Below, piece by piece: positions 18,352 to 26,728 of a DNA stretch of 64,000 nt; position 1 is the first letter of the stretch; each line of letters opens with the position of its first letter. The position numbers and the translations under genes were made by a program. Below the pieces are notes generated by a model. It had not been told where the DNA came from and ran no database searches. It saw only the letters and a list, made by a program, of their open reading frames with translations. Source of the DNA: Oscillospiraceae bacterium (GTDB taxonomy: Bacteria; Bacillota; Clostridia; Oscillospirales; CAG-272); assembly GCA_003343845.1 (NCBI GenBank), contig QAKK01000038.1:6263-70262 (forward strand), given 5' to 3'.

Positions 18352-20742
18352 TCATTTGTCCGCCCAGAAGCGGTCGAGGACGGCGGTGAGCGACTGCGTG
18401 TCGCCGACAAATTTCGCGGTGCGGTACTGCGCGGGCATCAACTCCTTGTAGGTCGGCTCGGCGTAGCGCTCGTCGATGAAGACGATCACGCCGCGGTCGG
18501 TCTCGGTGCGGATGACGCGCCCTGCCGCCTGTAAGACGCGGTTGAAACCGGGATATATGTAGGCGTATTCGCGCCCCGCCTCGTATTTGTCGTCGTAGTA
18601 TTCGCGCAGGATCTCGTTTTCGTCGCTGGGCTGCACCAGTCCGACGCCGACGATGACCGAGCCGATCAGCCGGTCGCCGACGAGGTCGATCCCCTCGGAA
18701 TAGATGCCGCCGAGCACCGAAAAGCCGACCAGCGCCGTGCGTGCGCCCGCGCGGAACGCGTCGAGAAAGCCGCGGCGCGCATACTCGGACATCTCCTTTG
18801 CCTGCACGACGGTGCGGATGTGCGGGTACTTGTATTTGAACAGAGTCTGCACCTCGGTCATGTACGCATAGGATGGAAAATACACCATGTAGTTGCCATC
18901 GCGGCGGCTGACCGTCTGCATGATCGCGTCGGCAACGGCGGCGGCGCTCTGCGAGCGGTACTGGTAGCGCACGCTGAGCTTGTCCATGATGCAGACGCAG
19001 AGATTGGCGGGATCATAGGGGCAGTCCAGCTTGAGCTTTGCCGCATCCGGCGCGCCGTAGAGCGTGGCGTAGTAGTCGAGCGGCGTGAGCGTGGCGGAGA
19101 AGAAGACCGTAGCTCTGCCGCGCGCCGTCTTCTTTGCCAGCAGCTCGGACGGGTCGATGCAGATGACCTTTGTGATGACTTCCTCGCCGTGCACCGTGAC
19201 CGTGCCGACAAAGGCGCGGTCGAACAGCTCCATTGCCGTGATGTACTTCTTTGCTTTGTCCGCAAGCATGTGGAGGCTGTCCGGCAGGTTGCCGCAGAGT
19301 GGGGAACGGATGTACTTTGATGCCGCACGGTCAAAGGCGACAAGCAGGTCATAGAGCTGCTTGTCAAAGCTGTGCACGGTGGTGAAGCCGTGCACCGTGC
19401 CGCCGGCGTCCTCCTCGAGGTTGTCGGCACAGAGTTCCCGCATGCTGTCAATGTAGAAGTCCAGATCGGTGAGGGCGTCGCAGACCGCGTTCTTCGGTGC
19501 GGTGCGTGTCTCATCGAGGAAACGGCGGATCTCGGAGCGGCGCAGCTCGCCGCCGTAGCACGCTTTCGCGCGGTCGAGCAGGTTGTGCGCCTCGTCAAAG
19601 AGGAAAACATAGCGCGCGTCGGACGCGCCCGGTTCGAAATAGCGGCGGAAATACGCCGCCTCGTCAATGAGGTAGTTGCAGTCGCAGATGATGAGGTCGC
19701 ACGCCTCCGAGAGGTCGAGCGACAGCTCATAGGGGCAGACGCTGTGCTTGCCCGCGATGTCGGCAATCGTATCGGCATCGTAGATGCGCGCCGCGCCGAC
19801 AAGGTCAGCGATGGCGTCCGGCACGCGCCCGAAATGCCCCTTGGCACGGGGGCAGACCTCGGGCGTGCACTTCATTGGGTCGCGCAGCTTCACAGGGCAG
19901 ATGCGCTCCTTTGCCGTGATGTGGACGGCGCGGATGCCGGTTTTGTCCGACATCTTCCGTGCCGCATCCAGCGCGGCAAGCGCTGTCGTGTTCTTTGAGG
20001 TGAAGTAGAAGATCTTGTCGATCATGCCCGCGCCGAGCGCACGCAGGGCGGGGTAGAGTGCCGCCGCCGTCTTGCCTGTGCCGGTCGGCGCTTCGACCAG
20101 TGCCTTTTTGCCGCTGCCGATGGCGCGCAGCGTCTCCACGATGAAGTCCCGCTGCTGCGGGCGCATCTCGGGGTAGGGAAACGTCAGCGTCTTGCAGTTC
20201 GGAATGCGCACGCACAGACGCTCCGCTTCCAGCGCGGCAAACGGGCGGTGCAGGTCGAGCAGCCGCCCCACCGCCTCCGCAAGCTCGCGGCGGGAAAAGC
20301 TCTTTTCGATCACGCTCTTGTCGCGGCTGTTGTGGAAAAACGTGATGCGGAAGGCGATAGTCCCAAGCATCTCGCTCTCGGCGACCATGTAGGCGAGGAG
20401 GGCGGCGAACGCCACCGTTTCCGCCGTGCGGTCGGCGTCCAGCTTCGAGGTGTAGTCGCCGAAGAGACGGTTGACGCAGACCGTGGTCTTGCCGCTCGCG
20501 CGGGCAATGCCGTCGGCGGTTGCGTGAATTTCATAGAACAGTCCGCCGCGGCTGACCGTGCGGCAGAGTTCCTGCTTCGGGTGATAATTTGTGCCGTATT
20601 GATGTTCAAGCAGTTCATCAACCTTGCCGTCGTCCGGGCGGATGTGCGCGGCGCGGCGGTCGATGCTTGCATGGTTCACCACGGTATGGCAAAGCTCTGC
20701 GGCGTCGATGCGGAGCTTTTTGGAAGCGGGGTCAAACTGCAT
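18352..20742 (-). CDS. DinG/XPD-family ATP-dependent DNA helicase with about 170-aa N-terminal extension
   Basis: 796 aa. Walker A APTGTGKT, DEAH box FDEAHNL, and a four-Cys Fe-S insertion (CPVKL...CTPEVCPRAKG...SVCPYE). AAGGAG RBS. Confidence 0.85.
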   Translation of the reverse strand: MQFDPASKKLRIDAAELCHTVVNHASIDRRAAHIRPDDGKVDELLEHQYGTNYHPKQELCRTVSRGGLFYEIHATADGIARASGKTTVCVNRLFGDYTSKLDADRTAETVAFAALLAYMVAESEMLGTIAFRITFFHNSRDKSVIEKSFSRRELAEAVGRLLDLHRPFAALEAERLCVRIPNCKTLTFPYPEMRPQQRDFIVETLRAIGSGKKALVEAPTGTGKTAAALYPALRALGAGMIDKIFYFTSKNTTALAALDAARKMSDKTGIRAVHITAKERICPVKLRDPMKCTPEVCPRAKGHFGRVPDAIADLVGAARIYDADTIADIAGKHSVCPYELSLDLSEACDLIICDCNYLIDEAAYFRRYFEPGASDARYVFLFDEAHNLLDRAKACYGGELRRSEIRRFLDETRTAPKNAVCDALTDLDFYIDSMRELCADNLEEDAGGTVHGFTTVHSFDKQLYDLLVAFDRAASKYIRSPLCGNLPDSLHMLADKAKKYITAMELFDRAFVGTVTVHGEEVITKVICIDPSELLAKKTARGRATVFFSATLTPLDYYATLYGAPDAAKLKLDCPYDPANLCVCIMDKLSVRYQYRSQSAAAVADAIMQTVSRRDGNYMVYFPSYAYMTEVQTLFKYKYPHIRTVVQAKEMSEYARRGFLDAFRAGARTALVGFSVLGGIYSEGIDLVGDRLIGSVIVGVGLVQPSDENEILREYYDDKYEAGREYAYIYPGFNRVLQAAGRVIRTETDRGVIVFIDERYAEPTYKELMPAQYRTAKFVGDTQSLTAVLDRFWADK

Positions 20743-20772
20743 GGCGGACTCCTTTCCGTAAAAATCGAAAAC

Positions 20773-21636
20773 TTATTTTGTGATCTCGCGCAGCACCTTC
20801 GCGGCAAAGGCGGAGACGTCCTGCGCCAGCACGCCGTAGTCGGAGTAGACCTCGGCGGCGCGTTCGCCCGCCAGCCCGTGGACATAGGCGGCGATCATCG
20901 CCGCATCAAGCGGGCTTGCGCCCTCGGCAAGAAAGGCACAGAGCATGCCGCAGAGCGTGTCGCCCGTGCCGCCCTTGGAGAGGGCGGTGGAGCCGGTCGG
21001 GTTGATAAGCACCGTTTCCCCGTCCGTGATGACTGTGCCCGCGCCCTTCAGCAGCAGCACGCCGCCGACGGCGGGGTTGAAATATGTTTTTGCAAATGCG
21101 GCTGCCACTGCGGCGCGGTCTGCCTGGATGTCGGCGACCGTCCTGCCGCACAGGCGGGAGAATTCGAGCGGATGCGGCGTCAGCACCACGGGGCGCGCCG
21201 CACTTTTGAGAATGTCCGGATCGGCGGCAAGCGCGTTCAGCCCGTCCGCGTCGATGACCAGCGGTGCGCCGGGCGATGCAAGCAGGCGGGTGAGCATTTC
21301 GGCGACGTCGGTGCCACGCCCGAGCCCGCAGCCGTAGCCGACGGCGTTTGCCTTTGCCGCTGCGGCGAAGATGTCGTCCTTCGCGCGGTCGAGATAGGTC
21401 GCCTCAAATACGGCGGACGAGACCGTGTCGATGACCGCGCACGTGCCCGCCAGTGTGACAAGCCCCGCGCCCGTGCGCAGCGCGCCGAGGGCGGCAAGCG
21501 CGGCGCAGCCGCGCATGTTGTCGCTGCCGCAGATGAGCAGAACGCGCCCGAAGGTGGCTTTGTTGGCATCCTTCGGTCGCTTCGGGAGTGCCGCGCGGAC
21601 GGCGGCAAGATCGGTGGTTTTCGGACACACGGTCAT
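20773..21636 (-). CDS. nnrD: ADP-dependent NAD(P)H-hydrate dehydratase (YjeF C-terminal type)
   Basis: 287 aa in the carbohydrate-kinase fold, with GGTGDTLCGM near the C-terminus. Confidence 0.8.
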   Translation of the reverse strand: MTVCPKTTDLAAVRAALPKRPKDANKATFGRVLLICGSDNMRGCAALAALGALRTGAGLVTLAGTCAVIDTVSSAVFEATYLDRAKDDIFAAAAKANAVGYGCGLGRGTDVAEMLTRLLASPGAPLVIDADGLNALAADPDILKSAARPVVLTPHPLEFSRLCGRTVADIQADRAAVAAAFAKTYFNPAVGGVLLLKGAGTVITDGETVLINPTGSTALSKGGTGDTLCGMLCAFLAEGASPLDAAMIAAYVHGLAGERAAEVYSDYGVLAQDVSAFAAKVLREITK

Positions 21637-21718
21637 AGACGGTCACCTCTTTCCTGCATTGATTATAGCAAAAAAACATAGATTTAGCAATACAAATAAA
21701 CAAGTAGGAGGTGATTTT

Positions 21719-22024
21719 ACGGAACGCTGCTCAACAACAAACCTCGGTCAGAAGGATGTCATCAATGTGCGGGACGGAACGAATATCGGGTTTGTCACCG
21801 ACATCGAGTTTGAGACCTGCGAGGGAAAAATCGTCGCGCTGGTCGTCGGCGACTGCGCCGCGCTCGGCTTTTCCAAGACCGAGGAGGTGGTCATCCCGTG
21901 GTGCAAGATCGTGCGCATCGGCGACGATGTGATCCTCGTGGACATCGCCGTCGAGGAGTGCCGCTGCGCGTGCAAGGAGAAAGACAAGGAGAACAAGAAG
22001 AAAAAACGCGGATTTTTCTGCTGA
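21719..22024 (+). CDS. ylmC: YlmC/YmxH-family PRC-barrel sporulation protein (start codon uncertain)
   Basis: ...NLGQKDVINVRDGTNIGFVTDIEFETCEGKIVALVV...EEVVIPWCKIVRIGDDVILVDI matches the YlmC/YmxH pattern. There is no in-frame ATG/GTG/TTG upstream of the conserved N-terminus. AGGAGG lies 7 nt before ACG at 21719. Confidence 0.7.
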   Translation, partial: TERCSTTNLGQKDVINVRDGTNIGFVTDIEFETCEGKIVALVVGDCAALGFSKTEEVVIPWCKIVRIGDDVILVDIAVEECRCACKEKDKENKKKKRGFFC

Positions 22025-22094
22025 ATCAACAAGAAAAATAAGGAAAATAATTCTTAATTTCTTTTTGTGCAGTTTTTTGATGAAATCGCGAACT

Positions 22095-22135
22095 TTCGGC
22101 GGCGTTTTGTACACGCCGCCGAAAATGCTTTTTTT
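22095..22135 (+). terminator. rho-independent terminator after ylmC
   Basis: TTCGGCGGCG / CGCCGCCGAA stem followed by a T7 run. Confidence 0.65.
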
Positions 22136-22246
22136 CGCTTGACAGCCCGGAGAAAGCATGTTAGAAATAATATCGAGAATGATTCCGAATTTTTCACATG
22201 CAAGGACAAATAGACAACAGGAATTGACGAGTAAGGAGAATTTGCA

Positions 22247-23437
22247 ATGAAAAAGAGAATCGGTGTGCTTTTCTGTGCCCTGCTTGCGATGGTCGCGCTG
22301 ACGCTTTCGTTCGCGCTGCCGGCTTCTGCGGCGGATGACACGTTCGTCATCGGTGTGTATTACTACGATGCCGACGGCAATTCCATCAAAACGAACCAGT
22401 ATTTGGGTGAACTTCCGGAATACTTCGGCGGCAGTCTGACCCATGCACAACAGGTGATCGACGACATTCACACCCATGCGCCCCTGTTTAACGCTGCACG
22501 CACAGAGATTCGCCTGTTTGCCGATGTGCCGACGGCACTGACCATCCCGGCAAACACAACCACCACACTGAACCTGAACGGCTTTACGCTCAGCGCGGCG
22601 GACGGCACCGCACCTTTGACGGTCGCCGAGGGCGGTGCGCTGACGATTACCGATACGAGCGAGAACAAGACCGGTAAGATCGCCTATACCGGCAGTGCCG
22701 CCGTTTCCGCCATCGAGAACCACGGCAGGCTCACGATTGAGACAGCGAACGTCTCCACTGCATCATCCACTGCAGCGCTGATTTCCAACAGCGGCGAGAC
22801 CGCGCGTATCGCCGTCAAGGGCGGCAATTTTGACACAAACGGCGCGGGCAACTTTGCAAACGGCGCTGGCGCGCGCATCGCGGTCTCGGGCGGTATCTTC
22901 ACCGAAGAAGTGCTTGGCGAATACTGTGCGGCAGGCTACAAACCGCAGACGCTTGCCGAAGGCAACCGATACAGTGCCACTCCGTCTGCTTATGACGACC
23001 GTTTCGGCGAGACGCTCACCGTGGTCGGTCAGGCTGCTGTCACCGAAGGCGGCACGCAATACTATCCGATCGACGTGGTCTGCGGCATTGACGCACTGAA
23101 CTACACGGCGGTCGGCATTGAATATCGCGTGATCCGCACCGGAGCATCCCCGTTGGATACCACGGACAAGAGCGAAGTCCGCACGGTTTACACCACGCTG
23201 CATCTGACGATCGACGGCAGACAGTCGACCTGCAAGCCTGCCGATCTCGGCGCATCCTATCTGTATACCGCACGTCTGCTGTTCGATACCGCCGCTTACA
23301 CCGAGGAAAACACCGTGATCCGCATCACGCCTTATGCGATCGGCACGGACGGGACCGAATATCGCGGCAGAACGATTGAGCTTGACGGCGATGTCTGTGC
23401 CGACAACGGCACCACACTTTTCGCCAAAGGAGAGTGA
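22247..23437 (+). CDS. secreted protein with beta-helix-like repeats
   Basis: Signal peptide MKKRIGVLFCALLAMVALTLSFALPASA. Repeated G-x-L-T-I / I-A-V-x-G-G strands. AAGGAGA RBS. Confidence 0.75.
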   Translation: MKKRIGVLFCALLAMVALTLSFALPASAADDTFVIGVYYYDADGNSIKTNQYLGELPEYFGGSLTHAQQVIDDIHTHAPLFNAARTEIRLFADVPTALTIPANTTTTLNLNGFTLSAADGTAPLTVAEGGALTITDTSENKTGKIAYTGSAAVSAIENHGRLTIETANVSTASSTAALISNSGETARIAVKGGNFDTNGAGNFANGAGARIAVSGGIFTEEVLGEYCAAGYKPQTLAEGNRYSATPSAYDDRFGETLTVVGQAAVTEGGTQYYPIDVVCGIDALNYTAVGIEYRVIRTGASPLDTTDKSEVRTVYTTLHLTIDGRQSTCKPADLGASYLYTARLLFDTAAYTEENTVIRITPYAIGTDGTEYRGRTIELDGDVCADNGTTLFAKGE

Positions 23438-23443
23438 ACGAAG

Positions 23444-23611
23444 ATGAAAAAGAAACTGTATGAAGCGCCGCAGCTTGCGGTCGTCGCGCTGCAAACGGCA
23501 GAGATTCTGCTCACCAGCGAAGACGGTCTTGTCGAAGAGAGTGAAATTGCTCTGAGCGGCGGCAGCGCACTGGTCTTCCGCAAGGACGGTAAGGTCAACG
23601 TCTGGGGTTGA
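23444..23611 (+). CDS. small conserved-looking peptide (55 aa) downstream of secreted protein
   Basis: MKKKLYEAPQLAVVALQTAEILLTSEDGLVEESEIALSGGSALVFRKDGKVNVWG. Starts 6 nt after the upstream stop and is followed by a terminator. Below the ORF-track size cutoff. Confidence 0.45.
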   Translation: MKKKLYEAPQLAVVALQTAEILLTSEDGLVEESEIALSGGSALVFRKDGKVNVWG

Positions 23612-23623
23612 AATACAATCGCA

Positions 23624-23656
23624 AAGAGGACAGGCAGACGCCTGTCTTCTTTTTTA
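23624..23656 (+). terminator. rho-independent terminator
   Basis: AAGAGGACAGGC-AGAC-GCCTGTCTTCTT followed by a T-run. Confidence 0.7.
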
Positions 23657-23830
23657 TATAAATAGCGAAAAAATTTGCAAAAATGCTTGCAATGACGGAA
23701 AAAGCGTGCTATACTATTTTAGTCTGCAAAAGTATGCAGATAAATTAACACACACATACGGAGCGGAGCGCCGTTCGGTGCCGAAAGGTTGGCGGCGGAG
23801 CCTGTATGGTGGAAAAACCGGAGGGACATT

Positions 23831-24583
23831 ATGTCTGTTATTTCGATCAAACAACTGCTTGAAGCCGGTGTTCATTTCGGACACCACACCAGAAGATGGA
23901 ACCCCAAGATGGCGGAATACATCTTCACCGAGAGAAACGGCATCTACATCATTGACCTGCAGAAGACCGTGAAGAAGTTTGAGGAAGCGTACATGTTTGT
24001 GCGTGACCTGTCCGCAAACGGCGGCAACATCCTCTTCGTCGGCACCAAGAAGCAGGCTGCCGACACCATCAAGGAAGAGGCAGAGAGAGCCGGCATGTAC
24101 TACGTCAACGTGCGTTGGCCCGGCGGCATGCTGACCAACTTCAAGACCATCCGCAAGAGCATCAACCGCCTCAACAGCCTCGAGAAGATGGCTGCCGACG
24201 GTACGTTTGACCTGCTCCCCAAGAAGGAAGTCGCCGCACTCCAGAAGGAAATCTTCGACCTGGAGAAGAACTACGGCGGTATCAAGACCATGGAAAAGCT
24301 GCCCGATGCGATCTTCATCGTTGACCCCAGAAAGGAAAAGATCGCTGTTCTCGAGGCAAAGAAGCTCGGCATTCCGGTTGTCGCAATCGTGGATACGAAC
24401 TGCGACCCCGATGATGCAGATTACATCATCCCCGGTAACGACGACGCGATCCGCGCAATCAAACTGATCTCCTCCACCCTGGCAGACGCCGTTATCGAGG
24501 GCAGACAGGGCGAGGCTTTTGCTCCCGAAGCCGAGGGCGAGGAAGCAAAGACCGCAGAGACCGCAGAGACCGTCGAGGCATAA
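23831..24583 (+). CDS. rpsB: 30S ribosomal protein S2
   Basis: [27 protein letters not shown]... Start at 23831 after GGAGGG. Confidence 0.95.
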   Translation: MSVISIKQLLEAGVHFGHHTRRWNPKMAEYIFTERNGIYIIDLQKTVKKFEEAYMFVRDLSANGGNILFVGTKKQAADTIKEEAERAGMYYVNVRWPGGMLTNFKTIRKSINRLNSLEKMAADGTFDLLPKKEVAALQKEIFDLEKNYGGIKTMEKLPDAIFIVDPRKEKIAVLEAKKLGIPVVAIVDTNCDPDDADYIIPGNDDAIRAIKLISSTLADAVIEGRQGEAFAPEAEGEEAKTAETAETVEA

Positions 24584-24625
24584 GGCTTTAACCCATTTTA
24601 CAGAATAGGAAAGGAAGCAGAAAAG

Positions 24626-25552
24626 ATGGCTAACATTACCGCAAAGGACGTTGCCGAGCTGAGAAAAAAGACCGGCTGCGGCATGATGGAGTGCAAGAAG
24701 GCGCTTGTCGAAGCAGAAGGCAACATGGATGAGGCGATCAAGGTTCTCCGCGAGAGAGGACTTGCCGTCGCCGCAAAGAAGGCTGACAGAATCGCAGCGG
24801 ACGGTCTGATCGATATTCTGACCGCCGGCGATACCACCGCGATGATCGAGGTCAACACCGAGACCGACTTCGTTGCGAAGAACGAGAACTTCCGCGAGTT
24901 TGTCCGCGGTCTGCTCGAGACCATCATCGCACACAAGCCTGCAGATGTGGACGCACTCAAGGCTTGCAAGTACAAGGACACCGACCTGACGGTTGAAGAT
25001 AAGATGAAGGAAATGATCTTCACCATCGGCGAGAAGCTGGATCTCCGCCGCTTCGTCATCGTAGACGGCACGACCAGCACTTATATCCACGGCGGCGGCG
25101 CAATCGGCGTCATCATCAAGTTTGAGGCGGACGATGCTGCGAAGAACAACGCAGGCTTTGCAGAATTTGCAAAGAACATCGCGCTTCAGACCGCTGCATA
25201 CCCGGTTGAGTACCTCAACCGCGAGGCTGTTCCCGCATCGAGAATTGCCGAGGAGCGTGAGATCATCAAGTCGCAGATCGACAACGATGAGAAGAACGCA
25301 AAGAAGCCCGAGCAGATCAAGGAGAAGATGGTCGACGGCAAGATCGGCAAGTTCTACGAGGCAAACTGCCTCCTCGAACAGGCATACGTCAAGGACGACT
25401 CCATGAGCGTGCAGAAGTATGTCGACACCACCGCGAAGGAATTCGGCGGTCATATCGCCGTTGTCGGCTTCGTCCGCTATGAGAAGGGCGAAGGCATCCA
25501 GAAGCGCGAGGAGAATTTCGCGGATGAAATCTCCAAGATGGTCAACAACTGA
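24626..25552 (+). CDS. tsf: translation elongation factor Ts
   Basis: MANITAKDVAELRKKTGCGMMECKKALVEAEGNMDEAIKVLRERG... Confidence 0.95.
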   Translation: MANITAKDVAELRKKTGCGMMECKKALVEAEGNMDEAIKVLRERGLAVAAKKADRIAADGLIDILTAGDTTAMIEVNTETDFVAKNENFREFVRGLLETIIAHKPADVDALKACKYKDTDLTVEDKMKEMIFTIGEKLDLRRFVIVDGTTSTYIHGGGAIGVIIKFEADDAAKNNAGFAEFAKNIALQTAAYPVEYLNREAVPASRIAEEREIIKSQIDNDEKNAKKPEQIKEKMVDGKIGKFYEANCLLEQAYVKDDSMSVQKYVDTTAKEFGGHIAVVGFVRYEKGEGIQKREENFADEISKMVNN

Positions 25553-25559
25553 GATTAGA

Positions 25560-25700
25560 ACCGTCGTATTTTGGACAGAACGAAAAACAAAAACGCAAGG
25601 CGTGCCTTGCGTTTTTGTTTTTCTTGCGCGCGGATTTTCTTTGCCATATGGAAATATGGCGGCAGAAAATCCACGCACATCTGTCCTAAAATACGACGGT
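25560..25700. repeat. nested inverted-repeat element enclosing the tsf terminator
   Basis: Outer arms ACCGTCGTATTTTGGACAG (25560-25578) and CTGTCCTAAAATACGACGGT (25681-25700). Inner hairpin GGATTTTCT...AGAAAATCC (25632-25672) with GCCATAT/ATATGGC inside it. Confidence 0.6.
25583..25622 (+). terminator. rho-independent terminator after tsf
   Basis: 18-bp perfect stem AAAAACAAAAACGCAAGG / CCTTGCGTTTTTGTTTTT. Confidence 0.8.
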
Positions 25701-25921
25701 TTGGGGGCAGGGTGCGTATTCAAGCCTTCCCCAGTGGGGGAAGACGGGGACGGGAACGCAAGCGTTCCCAATGCGTTTCCCTGAGGGAAACAGCACGCTC
25801 GCAGTGGATGAGGTGTTATGTGCAGAGTAGATAACATCCTGTACAATGGCGGTTCGGGGGCAGAGTGCGTATCCAAGCCTTCCCCGGCGGGAAACAGCAC
25901 GCTCGCGGCGGATGCGGTGTT
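25699..25921 (+). repeat. two direct copies of a GC-rich hairpin-containing intergenic repeat
   Basis: Copy 1 at 25699-25817, copy 2 at 25849-25921. They share GGTT(T/C)GGGGGCAG(G/A)GTGCGTAT(T/C)CAAGCCTTCCCC and GGGAAACAGCACGCTCGC(A/G)G(T/C)GGATG(A/C)GGTGTT. Copy 2 lacks about 52 nt. Hairpin CTTCCCC-AGTG-GGGGAAG. Confidence 0.7.
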
Positions 25922-25948
25922 CTCTGCATCTCATCTGCAAATTTTCTC

Positions 25949-25977
25949 TTGAAAAACCGATTTCTGCGTGCTATAAT
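25949..25977 (+). promoter_or_regulatory. sigma-A promoter upstream of the panE-like remnant
   Basis: TTGAAA, 17 nt, TATAAT. Confidence 0.5.
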
Positions 25978-26097
25978 GTGGTCGGATAAACAAAGAGCTG
26001 CTGCAAAGCGGCTTTTCAAATACGCTGCGGTTAGCCTGAACTAACTCACTTGAACGGCGGGTTTGATTCCGACTTTACCGCTTCAGGAGGTTTCACA

Positions 26098-26490
26098 ATG
26101 CGAATTCTGGTATTCGGCGCAGGCGTGCTCGGCTGCAATCTTGCAAACAACCTGTTTCGCGCCGGGAAAGATGTGACCCTGCTTGCGCGGGGAAGCTGGG
26201 CGGAGGAGATTCGGACAAACGGGCTGCGGATCAAGAACAAGTTTTCGCCCTGCCTGACAGTCAGCCGCGTGCCGGTGGTGACCGCGCTTCTGCCGGAGGA
26301 TCCGTATGATGTGATTTTTGTTGTCGTCCGCTATACGCAGATCGACGCGATTCTGGACACCCTGCGTGCAAGCCTGCGAAGAACATCGTCTTTGTCGGCA
26401 ACAATGTGCGTGCAGCGGCGCTTGCTGCGCTGCTTCAATCCGTGGCGGAGCGGGGCGCGTTGCCCAAAATATCCGGTTTGAAACCGTAAT
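26098..26490 (+). pseudogene. 2-dehydropantoate reductase (ApbA/PanE)-like gene remnant, frameshifted and truncated
   Basis: MRILVFGAGVLGCNLANNLFRAGKDVTLLARG... is a Rossmann N-terminus. The frame breaks near 26385, where KNIVFVGNNVRAAALAALL continues in another frame. The remnant totals only about 130 codons and is followed by a terminator. Confidence 0.5.
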
Positions 26491-26597
26491 GAGCAGGAGG
26501 TGGCAGCTTGTTTCGGATCGCGCGCACATTTGTGTATGAGATTTTCGCAAACGGTACTTCGCCGATGCGGGCTGCCCAGACCTTTGTGTGGGATACG

Positions 26598-26632
26598 AAA
26601 AAAGTCCCTGTACGCGGTACAGGGACTTTTTT
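26598..26632 (+). terminator. rho-independent terminator
   Basis: AAAAAAGTCCCTGTAC-GCG-GTACAGGGACTTTTTT. Confidence 0.75.
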
Positions 26633-26728
26633 CGCCGCTTTTTGCGCGGGATTCGGCTTTGTCGAGCGGCTTTGCCTTGCGCTTTCGACAGAATTCTGCT
26701 ATACTGGTACAAAAGGGAGGTGCATCTC

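Noticed and set aside
21711-21932. A GTG-initiated 73-aa ORF overlapping ylmC in another frame.
   Set aside because: The GTG abuts the RBS with no spacer. The translation (MILRNAAQQQTSVRRMSS...) has no family resemblance, whereas the alternative frame gives a clear YlmC/YmxH protein.
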